Assembly (NCBI GenBank): GCA_002269645.1
Contig: NIVC01003826.1
Location: 10,944 to 74,943 of the forward strand
From: Macrostomum lignano
Taxonomy: Eukaryota
Direction of reading: 5' to 3'
Length of the DNA stretch: 64,000 nt
Under the pieces are notes generated by a model, which made no database searches, was not told where the DNA came from, and saw only the letters and a program-made list of their open reading frames with translations. Numbering within the stretch: position 1 is the first letter of the stretch; each line of letters starts with the position of its first letter. Made by a program: the position numbers and the translations under genes. Shown in pieces: positions 1 through 11,887 of this stretch.

Positions 1-1722
1 GCCATCTTTCTCATACTCATCAATCTGGAACTCGACCCTCATGGAGAGGTACGACTCGGCAGTTTGGGGGATGACGCTCACCCTCCAACCAGTCATGTCA
101 CCCAGCGCAGTTGAGAAAATCAAATGCAGGTCATATCCGCGAAGATTGTGGAAAACTATTGGCAAAAATCGCCGTTTTAGCCGAGCAAGCTTGTTACACG
201 AAGCGCAGGCAGCACCCTTGTATTCACCGCTGAGGTGGTCGTGATCCCAGTGCTTGTCAGAAGATGAAATAAACACTGCATTGCATAAATAGCACTGTGG
301 GGCATCTTGAAAGCTGCGCCTGTTGTCATCTCTGTTTCTGTCAGCAATCTGATGACTAAACTCGGTATTCCAACCATAAACTTCACGAGCAAGACGTTCG
401 AGTGAGGCCAAAAACTGTTTCACGACAGAATTCGGATTGGGTCCGCTGCAGAGGAAAACATCCTCACTCGGCCTCAGAATTTTGCTGCTCATACCCTCTC
501 TTGGAATAACAATGTAGCCAGCAGCTACAGGTACATGCTCAGTTAACTTGGTGACAGTAACTTCTCTTTCAGACTCCACTGGTTCACGTGGGGTGTTCAG
601 AGCTTCAAAATCTGCGTAGACAACAAATGGGGGACTGATTGTCTTTTCCCAAGCCATGAACTGCATTGTGTTGCTACTTGCATCAGGCATGCGCTCCATG
701 ATGGCTGGTTTCAGTTGAGGATTGCAGCTGTCTCGATGCTGCTCCAACTCTTCCTGGGATCGAAACGGAGAAATGCACTTCTCACACCATTTGCGATTCC
801 TCAGACCTTTTTTGCTGTTCAGGAGCCGGTCCAGGTTCGAAACTGCACACCAGTGTCCAGTCCCACAATTCTCATCACCACCACCATCATCATCAGCATC
901 ATCGGTGCTGGAGTTGCGAAGCAAGAGTAGAGGAATAACCTTGCGAGAGGCACAAATCCCAGGAAGAGGCTGGCGAATGACATAGGCCTCATCATCTTCC
1001 CAGCTAAAAACTGTGAAACAGATTTCGGAATTATTTTCCTCTATAACGTTTAAATCGGAAATTGCGACTGGTAGTGCGATGCCGCTCAGATCGATTTCAT
1101 CCAACCATCTGCTGTAAGTTGTTAGTCGATGGCAAGACTTCATCACACCAGGATCTCTGATGTGCAGGTAAGCGAGACAGGCAAACAGAAAGCAATTGTT
1201 TCCATCGCTCGGTGGGTTGATTATGGCCTTCTTAACCGCCAGCTGATTGGGCAAAGTAAAATTCGCGCATCGTCCACGATAGTAGCGAATGCGATCAGTG
1301 AGGGCAGAGCACAGATCAAAATAGTTGATTTGCTCAACCATCCAACCGCTCCCATTTGAATTGTAGGCATCAATCTTGCGTTCCAGCTCAGAAAACTGCT
1401 GCAACCACCACAATTCAAAATCTCTTAGATCAGAGAGAAGCTCAAGACCGCATGCGATCCACTTATCTTCTGCATTGATTACCGCAGCTTCCTTGATTCT
1501 CACCATTCTGATGTTGAACTTAAGCTGCGCTCGAATAGATTTATTCTCGTATGAATCGAATCTCATCTCAACAGCCTGTAGCACTGCAAACTTCGTTGAT
1601 GATAAAAAATGAAATGGCTCGAGATCTCTTGATGCTGGAGTGAAGCGTCTGACCTGCAGCGTGTCATCATGCGCACTAGCGTGAATAGCCGAGCTGAATT
1701 GAATGCCTGCATGAATTAGCAT
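1..1722 (-). CDS. polB: Protein-primed family B DNA polymerase, N-terminal half (Polinton type), 3'-truncated by the window edge
   Basis: Manual translation gives an ATG at 1722 and no stop over 574 codons to position 1. Motifs: KIDAYNSNGSGWMV, KKAIINPP..NNCFL, PFVVYADFE (Exo I), CYLC...DHDHLSGEYKGAACASCN, IVFHNLRGYDLHLI (Exo II). All align with element 2 PolB (SRGSGWVV, PFVVYADFE, DHCHYTGKFRGAAHNTCN, FCHNAKNYDMHLI). Confidence 0.9.
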   Translation of the reverse strand, partial: MLIHAGIQFSSAIHASAHDDTLQVRRFTPASRDLEPFHFLSSTKFAVLQAVEMRFDSYENKSIRAQLKFNIRMVRIKEAAVINAEDKWIACGLELLSDLRDFELWWLQQFSELERKIDAYNSNGSGWMVEQINYFDLCSALTDRIRYYRGRCANFTLPNQLAVKKAIINPPSDGNNCFLFACLAYLHIRDPGVMKSCHRLTTYSRWLDEIDLSGIALPVAISDLNVIEENNSEICFTVFSWEDDEAYVIRQPLPGICASRKVIPLLLLRNSSTDDADDDGGGDENCGTGHWCAVSNLDRLLNSKKGLRNRKWCEKCISPFRSQEELEQHRDSCNPQLKPAIMERMPDASSNTMQFMAWEKTISPPFVVYADFEALNTPREPVESEREVTVTKLTEHVPVAAGYIVIPREGMSSKILRPSEDVFLCSGPNPNSVVKQFLASLERLAREVYGWNTEFSHQIADRNRDDNRRSFQDAPQCYLCNAVFISSSDKHWDHDHLSGEYKGAACASCNKLARLKRRFLPIVFHNLRGYDLHLIFSTALGDMTGWRVSVIPQTAESYLSMRVEFQIDEYEKDG

Positions 1723-1807
1723 GTTGTTGGATGTACGCGTTTCACTCGACAGTTAAAATTTATAAATCATATTCCTAATTCCACCTCATTATGGTGCGGG
1801 AATTGGT

Positions 1808-2447
1808 TAATCGGGAATCAGTGAATCGGGAATCGGCGAATCGGGAATCGGTGAATCGCTAATCAGTGAATCAGGAATCGGGAATCAGTGAATCGGGAAT
1901 CGGCGAATCGGGAATCGGTGAATCGCTAATCAGTGAATCAGGAATCGGGAATCAGTGAATCGGGAATCGGCGAATCGGGAATCGGTGAATCGGGAATCGG
2001 CGAATCGGGAATCGGTGAATCGCTAATCAGTGAATCAGGAATCGGGAATCAGTGAATCGGTGAATCGGTGAATCGGGAATCAGTGAATCGGGAATCGGCG
2101 AATCGGGAATCGGTGAATCGGGAATCGGCGAATCGGGAATCGGTGAATCGGGAATCGGCGAATCGGGAATCGGTGAATCGCTAATCAGTGAATCAGGAAT
2201 CGGGAATCAGTGAATCGGTGAATCGGTGAATCGGGAATCAGTGAATCGGTGAATCGGGAATCAGTGAATCGGTGAATCGGGAATCAGTGAATCGGTGAAT
2301 CGGTGAATCGGTGAATCGGGAATCGGTGAATCGTGAATCGGGAATCGGTGAATCGCTAATCAGTGAATCAGGAATCGGGAATCAGTGAATCGGTGAATCG
2401 GTGAATCGGGAATCGGGAATCGGTGAATCGGCGAATCAGGAATCGGG
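1808..2447. repeat. Short-unit satellite built from GGAATCG/GTGAATCG 7-8-mers
   Basis: About 640 bp of permuted (G/GT)GAATC(G/A) units directly upstream of the polB start. Confidence 0.95.
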
Positions 2448-3232
2448 TTTTATGACTACTTTTTCTTGTACTTATAGAGGGAAGAGTCTACTTTACTGGC
2501 TTTACTAATCACATTGGATTGACTCACTGGTTGGTTCGATTTCGATAGCAAAATTGGTAGACTCAAGCGGCCGATCACTTGCTGATGATGATGATGAAGT
2601 TTCTCTCGAAGAAGGCATCTCGGTTCGGTTGATGACACGGCTTAGAGCATTTTCGATGAGAATTAGATGAGGAAATTTGCTGAAATACATATTTGTGAAA
2701 TTATTTTTTCTTGCAAAAGTAAATTTAAATCCCTAATTTGTGGATATACGCTCGTATTAAGTGTACATATTTTCGAAAGTTGTACTTCGGGTCTTGTCGT
2801 TACGTGTCAAATTTCGGGGTCTAATAAAGGGTCTAATAAAAGGGTTTAATAAAAGGGTCTTATAAAACGAATTCTAAAAATATTTCAAAATAACTCAAAG
2901 CTGCAAACTTTTCCAAAATTCAGCGCTTCATTGCGCTTTAAAATTTATATTTTAAAAAAGCAATGATACGCTACATTATTAGAAGCACAAGTTAAAGAAG
3001 GAGATTACAAACCCAAACAGAATCAAACCCAATCTGCATTCACACCCAAGCACAGCTTGATCAACGCGCACTGCCTGCATAAATATGAACTTTAAAAATA
3101 GCAATGAGATGTTGAAAAGGAAAATAAATATTATTCACTTTTGCAATATACAGATAATCATCTCGCAATTTAATTCAACACAGAATGTTTGCTAATTTAA
3201 TATTTAACGACTGGTACATTAGAATTATTAGT

Positions 3233-4144
3233 TTAGAATTGAGAATTGCTCAGGCGAATACGGAAAGCCCCTCCCAAGTCAATCCAATATTCACCCGTAA
3301 CACTGTTGGGCAGAACCAGCTGGATGCAGAGAGGTGCTGGCTGCTGCACTTCATTAGCGGCCGCAGGCTGAACCTCAGTCGGTGGTGGCGGTGGTGCAGG
3401 CGCAGGGCCTGAGTCCATATCGCGAATCAGGTCAGACAGGCTGACTTCGGCCGCAGGCTGAACCTCAGTCGGTGGTGGTGGTGGTGGAGGCGCAGGGCCT
3501 GAGTCCATATCGCGAATCACGTCGGACAGGCTGACTTCTGCCAGCATCCTGGCACGCTCCATATTTTTTTCGGGAACAGGGATTGCACGCCGCTGCTGCT
3601 GCTGTTGCATTTCTTGCTGCTCCTGTGCTTCAGGCTCACCATCGAGGTTCTCGAAGAAAGCGGTGTCCAGCTCATTCAGCTCGAAGTCAGGGGTGCCACC
3701 TCCATCAGCAGCATCAAGCAGGGGAGCTCCGACATCACCGTCGAGTAGAGCAGCAGAAGCAGCAGCAGGCTGGGCGTTGGGCTGGTCACCAGTGTTCGTT
3801 ACTCGGCCGCATAAGCTCGTGATAACTTGACTCAAAGTGCTCACCGGCTCTCGAATGCGTTCTGCCGCCCTGTTGCGTTCCTCTTGACGTGCAACTTCCA
3901 GAGCAGTAATGCGTGCCTGCTCGCGGTCTTCAGCAGAGCTCCAATTAACAGTCGAATGATTTTTATGCCTTTTGATTTGGCCTCTAACGGTGAAGAGCTC
4001 AACGGACTGGCATTCATGGCATAGTAGCCATCGGGTGACACTGCAGCCTTCATTCGCTACATGGTGCTTTAGTCCACCGAGCATACTAATATTGCAGGTG
4101 ACACACACCTCATGAACGTAGGATGGGCACCGAGAATGGCTCAT
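3233..4144 (-). CDS. Polinton accessory protein, 303 aa: Cys/His (B-box-like) N-terminus, coiled-coil, acidic/Pro-rich tail with a 30-aa duplication
   Basis: True ATG in an AAACCATG context and an uninterrupted ORF. Pattern CVTC...CHEC...HKNH. A 90-bp direct duplication at about 3358-3540 encodes AEVSLSD(V/L)IRDMDSGPAP...TEVQPA twice. Confidence 0.7.
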   Translation of the reverse strand: MSHSRCPSYVHEVCVTCNISMLGGLKHHVANEGCSVTRWLLCHECQSVELFTVRGQIKRHKNHSTVNWSSAEDREQARITALEVARQEERNRAAERIREPVSTLSQVITSLCGRVTNTGDQPNAQPAAASAALLDGDVGAPLLDAADGGGTPDFELNELDTAFFENLDGEPEAQEQQEMQQQQQRRAIPVPEKNMERARMLAEVSLSDVIRDMDSGPAPPPPPPPTEVQPAAEVSLSDLIRDMDSGPAPAPPPPPTEVQPAAANEVQQPAPLCIQLVLPNSVTGEYWIDLGGAFRIRLSNSQF

Positions 4145-5575
4145 GGTTTAAAATTTAATCAAGGGTTTTTGTGAAAATTTGAAATTTCGAAGTCCGTTTA
4201 AATCTCAACAAAATATATTTTAATGGCTCAGTAGAATTTTTCAGTCCTTATATTCAAATCACCAGGCAATATCGCCTATATGTACACATACAGATATGTT
4301 TACACGTTACATATGTGTATGCACTAATTATTTTCTTACCGTTATTGAGCAATAATAATAATAAAACTGATAACATTCCCCCGTCCCGTGCATCAGTTAG
4401 TTTTAAAGACCTCCACCCCAGACCTGCACCCCACTTCCCCGCGGCCAAATCAGCAGTATCAAGAAAAACAATAACAAGGCAATAAACGGCGCTTTGCAAG
4501 CTCACTTTCACAACAAATTCAGTCCAATTTGCGAGACTCGTACTAAAGTGCGGAGGAACTCATGAACATAGGCCTATGTATTCCCACTGCCAACAAAGTT
4601 TAAATATTGTGGAGATCGGAAGCCAGGTTCGCCCAATTTTCAATTAACTATGGCTAATGTACACTAGAGAAGTTTTTTACTATTTTTAGAGAGTCAGTTT
4701 TGGGCTTCCCAGGAACTTGTGCTGCTTTCCCCTGCGGCAGAGTCCACCAATCCATTTACATAGAGCTCTATTCGGCTTTTTTCATTGAAGATCGAGTAGT
4801 AGGAAAATGAAAAGCGTCAAATTTTTCTTTTTTTGTCTAATTAGCTTAATTACTTCTCAAAGGATAAAAACATTTTCATTTAAAATCTAGAAACTAGTAT
4901 TCTTTTGAAATGTTTGAAATGTTATTTCAAATTCGTCCTTTCGTTTCTATAGAAATACGATAAAAGATCGAGAAAATTTCTCGAACCGAATTCCAGAATC
5001 GGATCGCGGTTTTGGAACCGACTATGAAAACGGAACAGACAATATGAAAAGCTTCGAACCGATTCTGGTCCTGGAATCGGTCATATGAAAAGCCCGTATA
5101 TTTCGCTGTCCGACCCCCCCCCATGGAAATTCCGTGGCTTTCCCTGCGGCAGAGTCCACCAATGCATTTACATAGGCGCTATGTTTACACACTATAGGCC
5201 CGTGGTTTTCCCACGGAAATTCCTGCGGCAGAGTCCACATTTCCCCTACTACTCTTACAGCAACAACAAACGGCATTCAAAATTGGTTTTCTTTTAAGCG
5301 TTGATGACTAGCAATCTATACCCCCTCCTGTTGGGGCGGCAGCAAAGAAACGAGTAAAACTTTGAGTAAACTACTTGTAGCTTTTGACCTTTAAGAGCCA
5401 CTATTATTAGTTTTTAAAAGAAAATATTATGCAAAGCAAAAAAGAAAAAAAGTTTTGAGCTTTGGCATCAAAGCTTCCTTTTAAGCCATGGCTTAACCTT
5501 AACTCTTCCTTTGATTTTTTGGCCTACCAACAACTCCCAATTGACCCTTGAAATCTCAGCAAAGGACACTGCCAC

Positions 5576-5762
5576 AGAATTTCAGCAATTCACACAATGA
5601 GCCTTGAGAATTTCAGCAATTCACACAATGAGCCTTGAGAATTTCAGCAATTCACACAATGAGCCTTGAGAATTTCAGCAATTCACACAATGAGCCTTGA
5701 GAATTTCAGCAATTCACACAATGAGCCTTAAGAATTTCAGCAATTCACACAATGAGCCTTGA
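5576..5762. repeat. 31-bp minisatellite, about 6 copies
   Basis: Unit GAGAATTTCAGCAATTCACACAATGAGCCTT. Confidence 0.95.
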
Positions 5763-6924
5763 CATCTTGGCAATTCCTTATGAGTTTATGGTTGACATGG
5801 CGACTCTTTTATTTAGTTTCTTTCATTTGATTTGATTCAGGTGGCTTCAGTTCGAAAAATACTTTTATTAGTAATATTTAATCACGGGATCAAAATTCGA
5901 ACCCAGGTGCTGCTTATATTAGCAATTCAGTCTGTTCACATCTAGACTAGCCTACATCAATTAGTGCTTGCCTTAACTCGGCTAGAGAAAAGTCACAGGA
6001 AGGAGTTTAACATAATCAATTTTTCAGTCAGTCTGTATCAGTTTCCATTAAATAAAGTTAACTACATATATGGTAATACAATCTAAATCAAGTCTAATTT
6101 GAAATACATGCAGTATTCTGCTATGTTACCAGATTCTGTTATAGTTACGCAATTCAAGTCGGAGCTTATGATGCAATCTATCATCATTTGATTCCAATCG
6201 GAATGGCATTCATAGTCAAAAAGTTCTGCTAGAACTTTATCAAAAAGAATGTTTCTCAAATATTTAATCTGATAAGCATTGAGCGATTTCTTAAAAACGA
6301 CATTTGTAGGCGCAAATTTCATGAAAAACATTTGACACTTTTTTCCGGTCCCGGGGATTCGAGCCCAATTTCAGGATCCCCGGGGATTCCGATCCACTAA
6401 GTGCAACCCGCTGTAAACTGGATATTGCAAGGACGAGATGAAGTAAAAAATGGAAGAGATCTATATAGAACGACTGGTTAAGTGGATTAATGTAATTTCG
6501 ATTTAGTCTTCAAAGTAGTTGCGAATGGAGTGGAGAAAGGGCGTGCAGGCTCAACATGCTGCTCCTATTCCTCCTGGGACCGCTGGTGGGGTCAGTCCAG
6601 TCAAAAATTCTAAAATAGCTAACTAGATGAGCCACTTAGGCATATTATATAATACTTAGTAAACAGTTTTCTACTTTCAGTTCAGTAGCAAGGAAAGAGT
6701 TTATGATTAATAAAGCTATTTATAATAAATATAGAGGCTATTAAAATGGCACTCTGATAAGATACGAGTAGGATTCCAAGCTAACAGACGAAATAAAAAA
6801 TTGCTATAGGGACATATGGGTTCAGCCTCAATGCACATTAGCCAGTGCACCTTCGAACTGTATACATGGCAGCTTTATGCTGAAAAACACCGAGGGAGAG
6901 GGGGTTGAGATTTTATGTCCTCAG

Positions 6925-9445
6925 GCGCGGTTGGAGGGGTTCAGCTTGGGGGTAAGAGATTCTATGTGCAAAGTCGCGGTTGGAGGGGTTCAGCTTGGGG
7001 GTAAAAGATTCTATGTGCAAAGTCGCGGTTGGAGGGGTTCAGCTTGGAGGTAAAAGATTCTATGTGCAAAGTCGCGGTTGGAGGGGTTCAGCTTGGGGGT
7101 AAGAGATTCTATGTGCAAAGTCGCGGTTGGAGGGGTTCAGCTAGGGTGGGATAAGAGATTCTAGATGTGCAAAATCGTGGCTGGAGGGGTTCAGCTTAGG
7201 TGGGATAAGAGATTCTAGATGTGCAAAATCGTGGCTGGAGGGGTTCAGCTTGGGTGGGATAAGAGATTCTAGATGTGCAAAATCGTGGCTGGAGGGGTTC
7301 AGCTTGGGTGGGATAAGAGATTCTAGATGTGCAAAATCGTGGCTGGAGGGGTTCAGCTAGGGTGGGATAAGAGATTCTAGATGTGCAAAATCGTGGCTGG
7401 AGGGGTTCAGCTTAGGTGGGATAAGAGATTCTAGATGTGCAAAATCGTGGCTGGAGGGGTTCAGCTTGGGTGGGATAAGAGATTCTAGATGTGCAAAATC
7501 GTGGCTGGAGGGGTTCAGCTTGGGTGGGATAAGAGATTCTAGATGTGCAAAATCGTGGCTGGAGGGGTTCAGCTTGGGTGGGATAAGAGATTCTAGATGT
7601 GCAAAATCGTGGCTGGAGGGGTTCAGCTTAGGTGGGATAAGAGATTCTAGATGTGCAAAATCGTGGCTGGAGGGGTTCAGCTTGGGTGGGATAAGAGATT
7701 CTAGATGTGCAAAATCGTGGCTGGAGGGGTTCAGCTAGGGTGGGATAAGAGATTCTAGATGTGCAAAATCGTGGCTGGAGGGGTTCAGCTTAGGTGGGAT
7801 AAGAGATTCTAGATGTGCAAAATCGTGGCTGGAGGGGTTCAGCTAGGGTGGGATAAGAGATTCTAGATGTGCAAAATCGTGGCTGGAGGGGTTCAGCTTA
7901 GGTGGGATAAGAGATTCTAGATGTGCAAAATCGTGGCTGGAGGGGTTCAGCTTGGGTGGGATAAGAGATTCTAGATGTGCAAAATCGTGGCTGTAGGGGT
8001 TCAGCTTGGGTGGGGTAAGAGATTCTAGATGTGCAAAATCGTGGCTGGAGGGGTTCAGCTTGGGTGGGGTAAGAGATTCTATGTGCAAAGTCGTGGCTGG
8101 AGGGGTTCAGCTTGGGTGGGGTAAGAGATTCTATGTGCAAAGTCGTGGCTGGAGGGGTTCAGCTTGGGTGGGGTAAGAGATTCTAGATGTGCAAAATCGT
8201 GGCTGTAGGGGTTCAGCTTGGGTGGGATAAGAGATTCTAGATGTGCAAAATCGTGGCTGGAGGGGTTCAGCTTGGGTGGGGTAAGAGATTCTATGTGCAA
8301 AGTCGTGGCTGGAGGGGTTCAGCTTGGGTGGGGTAAGAGATTCTATGTGCAAAGTCGTGGCTGGAGGGGTTCAGCTTGGGTGGGGTAAGAGATTCTAGAT
8401 GTGCAAAATCGTGGCTGGAGGGGTTCAGCTAGGGTGGGATAAGAGATTCTAGATGTGCAAAATCGTGGCTGGAGGGGTTCAGCTTAGGTGGGATAAGAGA
8501 TTCTAGATGTGCAAAATCGTGGCTGGAGGGGTTCAGCTTGGGTGGGATAAGAGATTCTAGATGTGCAAAATCGTGGCTGGAGGGGTTCAGCTTGGGTGGG
8601 ATAAGAGATTCTAGATGTGCAAAATCGTGGCTGGAGGGGTTCAGCTTAGGTGGGATAAGAGATTCTAGATGTGCAAAATCGTGGCTGGAGGGGTTCAGCT
8701 TGGGTGGGATAAGAGATTCTAGATGTGCAAAATCGTGGCTGGAGGGGTTCAGCTTGGGTGGGATAAGAGATTCTAGATGTGCAAAATCGTGGCTGGAGGG
8801 GTTCAGCTAGGGTGGGGTAAAAGATTCTATGTGCAAAGTCGTGGCTGGAGGGGTTCAGCTTGGGTGGGATAAGAGATTCTATGTGCAAAGTCGTGGCTGG
8901 AGGGGTTCAGCTTGGGTGAGGTAAGAGATTCTATGTGCAAAGTCGTGGCTGGAGGGGTTCAGCTTGGGTGGGATAAGAGATTCCTTGTGCAAAGTCGTGG
9001 CTGGAGGGGTTCAGCTTGGGTGGGATAAGAGATTCTATGTGCAAAATCGTGGCTGGAGGGGTTCAGCTTGGGTGGGGTAAGAGATTCCATGTGCAAAGTC
9101 GTGGCTGGAGGGGTTCAGCTTGGGTGGGGTAAGAGATTCCATGTGCAAAGTCGTGGCTGGAGGGGTTCAGCTTGGGTGGGATAAGAGATTCTAGATGTGC
9201 AAAATCGTGGCTGGAGGGGTTCAGCTTGGGTGGGGTAAGAGATTCTATGTGCAAAGTCGTGGCTGGAGGGGTTCAGCTTGGGTGGGGTAAGAGATTCCAT
9301 GTGCAAAGTCGTGGCTGGAGGGGTTCAGCTTGGGTGGGGTAAGAGATTCTATGTGCAAAGTCGTGGCTGGAGGGGTTCAGCTTGGGTGGGGTAAGAGATT
9401 CCATGTGCAAAGTCGTGGCTGGAGGGGTTCAGCTTGGGTGGGGGA
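6925..9445. repeat. G-rich minisatellite array with 48/52/54-bp unit variants, about 47 copies
   Basis: Core unit GTGCAAAATCGTGGCTGGAGGGGTTCAGCTTGGGTGGGATAAGAGATTCTAGAT. The periodic ORFs here are artefacts. Confidence 0.97.
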
Positions 9446-10231
9446 CGTAAAGAGCCAATACAGGAGTATCGTCTTACTCTTATCAATACACCTAAAATGC
9501 TTCTTATTTTTCTGTTTAACAAAAGTAGCTTACACGCAAATTTTCCGAGGGATCCATCTCTGAACACTGAACTGCAGTCTGAAAACTGACAGGGTAATTG
9601 TAAACTTTATGCGCCTGTCTGATTTGTGAGCCACCACCAATGCGGCAGCAAATAAAAGGGGCTATAAAATATAATGAATTCGGCTACGAGAGACTGCTGC
9701 ATTAGCCAATAGTTCCAGGGCTCTGCATGGACCTTTCACAAATAATTTAATAGCAAGGCATAAAATAAATGCTGTTGGCAGAAAGCCATTTTGGCGCCCA
9801 GCAGGCGGTCCTTAAGTGTCGCCTGACATCCCCCATATTTGATGACCCTTACACGAGGGTACGAGTAATTATTAATTTTTTTTCCGGAATGTTTTGTCAG
9901 TATAAATTTGAAACTCGAGCAGATATATGCGAATGTGACAATGGAAAGTAGTTTCAAATTTCATACTAAACACACTAACACGCACAAACTGCATGGCTTC
10001 TTAGTTAACGCGTTGACTAGCACAGTACTGAAAAGTGCAACTTTTTCTAGAAAGAACTGAACTTGTATCAAAGAACACTTTTGTTAATGAATTTCCCCTG
10101 TAATTGTCACGATTCCTAGCAGAAGTTGCATCGGTTGATTAACACTCACCCATGGACTACTGAAAAGTCGACACGGATTTTAATGTTAAATCAATATGGA
10201 ATTTTTACGAGGCTTGCAAATTCTAAGGTTA

Positions 10232-10668
10232 ATCGTAGCCCAGTGGCCTCTAGCGCGGCGCTCTGATGTGCAAGCGGCCCAGGCTCGATTCCAAGTGCAG
10301 TCACATTGATTTGGTGCTAAATTGGGTCTACGAGCTTTGCCTTCGAACTTTAGCTGGAAACTTTCCGGCTGGCAAAGTTCGTACTCCCGGTTAAATTAGA
10401 ATCTCGGCTTGGGTGCAGTTTTAACGGTCTTGAGGGCCAACCTCCAAGGCACAGTGAAGTGTACATGCCTAACGATAAATAAAGTTAGGGCCGCTGTACA
10501 CTCCTGTGTGAGTGTGTGCCTGTGCGTATGACTGCGTACGAATCCGCGCCCATGTGTGCCTGCTCAGGGGAGTCGGCGGAATGGGCAGCAATGCCTCTCG
10601 CCGGTTGTGTGACAATGTCGCTTAAAGTGCGCCAGGGTGAACGCAGCCCCTGCCTTTAACTAACTAAC
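10232..10668 (+). mobile_element. tRNA-derived SINE
   Basis: A-box-like TAGCCCAGTGG (about 10236), B-box-like GGCTCGATTCC (10282-10292), about 380 bp of unique body and a (TAAC)3 tail at 10657-10668. Confidence 0.65.
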
Positions 10669-11887
10669 CATTGGTGACATCATCCAGCATGGGCTTCAAC
10701 CAACGGGCCACCGAGAATCTGCCCCGAGCGCCTCACTCTGGTGGTGCCAGGAGCTTCAAGCTATACTGCATCCGCATAGTGGTGGAATAACTGGGCTCTT
10801 TTGTCAAAAGTTCCACTTTGGTGGTCTGGTTCCCGCCACCTTCAAGATCGAATGGAAATAACTTTTAGCATGCATTTAACCTTTAATTTCCAATTAGAGG
10901 GCTTCAAAATCAGTCGTTTTCTGATTCCTATCTGCGTTAGATTATCATATTACATGTGCAGAAGATAGTCTACAGCTAACAACAAACCGTTTCCGCTAAA
11001 AGTACCCATTGCGCCTTCCGAGGTACTCAGCGCCCTTTTGGGTGAAAGTATGAAAGTAATATAGCATTAGTGGATGAAAAATGCCTAACCCTACCTTGTT
11101 AGCGAAATTAACGGTTTTGAAGCTAAAATTGGCTTCAAAACCTTGAGTGTGACAGTTTTGTGTTTAAAGCAGCCAGATAATTAATATAGACTTCTGAGGC
11201 CGCTCTCAAAAACAGTCTGCGAAATTTTAAACATTCAGAAGATTTCCTTAAAGGTTCTGAAGTACCAGCATAATAGAGGTAAAGCTACGTGACTTCATTT
11301 ACGAGAATATAGCATTTGATCTTTACTTGATCTCGGTGCGCCATTCTTTCGCAAAGCCTGCACGATGTTGCTTTAAATCGGCTTAAACGGCTTAAAAGCA
11401 AAAAAGCAACCGGCAGCTAGGCAAAAAGCACGAGATTCTATAAGATTTAATCTTACGATGACAGCCGATTTAAACAAAAATCCGGAATTTTTTGCAGCAA
11501 TTCAGCTAGCTATCAAGTCTGGCTGATCAATTTTTGACCAGCGTAGCTAGCTGAGAGTCTTCCCTAAGCGACTGTGGATCAATGCCAATTGGAAATTCAA
11601 CACCCATCTGTATAGGACTAGGCAGCTATAGTCTAGATAGGAAATATGAAAAAAGACTGCGTCTTACATAGGGACTGAGCAAGGTTATATTCCCTGTTTA
11701 ATAAAGTTGCCCCTTACACTCGTATGCCAAGAAAATCGATTAGGGGTAAAGGCAAAATCATCTCAGCAATGCACCTTAAATTGCACTCTAAAAGCGTATT
11801 CACAATGACATCAAATAAAACCATTGAAGTCATTTTTTGCACAATCACAAAGCTTTGATGGTTTTTTGACGGTAGCTTGAATATTTT

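Larger units (their letters stand above)
1..5253 (-). mobile_element. Terminal arm of a Polinton/Maverick (element 1), truncated by the window start
   Basis: Carries a pPolB ORF (1-1722) homologous to the PolB of element 2. Subterminal direct repeats TTCCCTGCGGCAGAGTCCAC(C) lie at about 4726, 5138 and 5220. It ends in CTACTACT (5246-5253), the reverse complement of the AGTAGT-type Polinton terminus. The other end and TSD are outside the window. Confidence 0.7.

Noticed and set aside
2456-2690. Upstream exon of Polinton 1 polB spliced across the GAATC satellite
   Set aside because: A GTGAGT donor exists near 2527, but its phase does not match the only nearby acceptor, which is also weak.
7466-9567. 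Periodic ORFs here and at 11714-12270, 19010-19768 and 21585-21851
   Set aside because: They are minisatellite translations, several lying within introns on the opposite strand.
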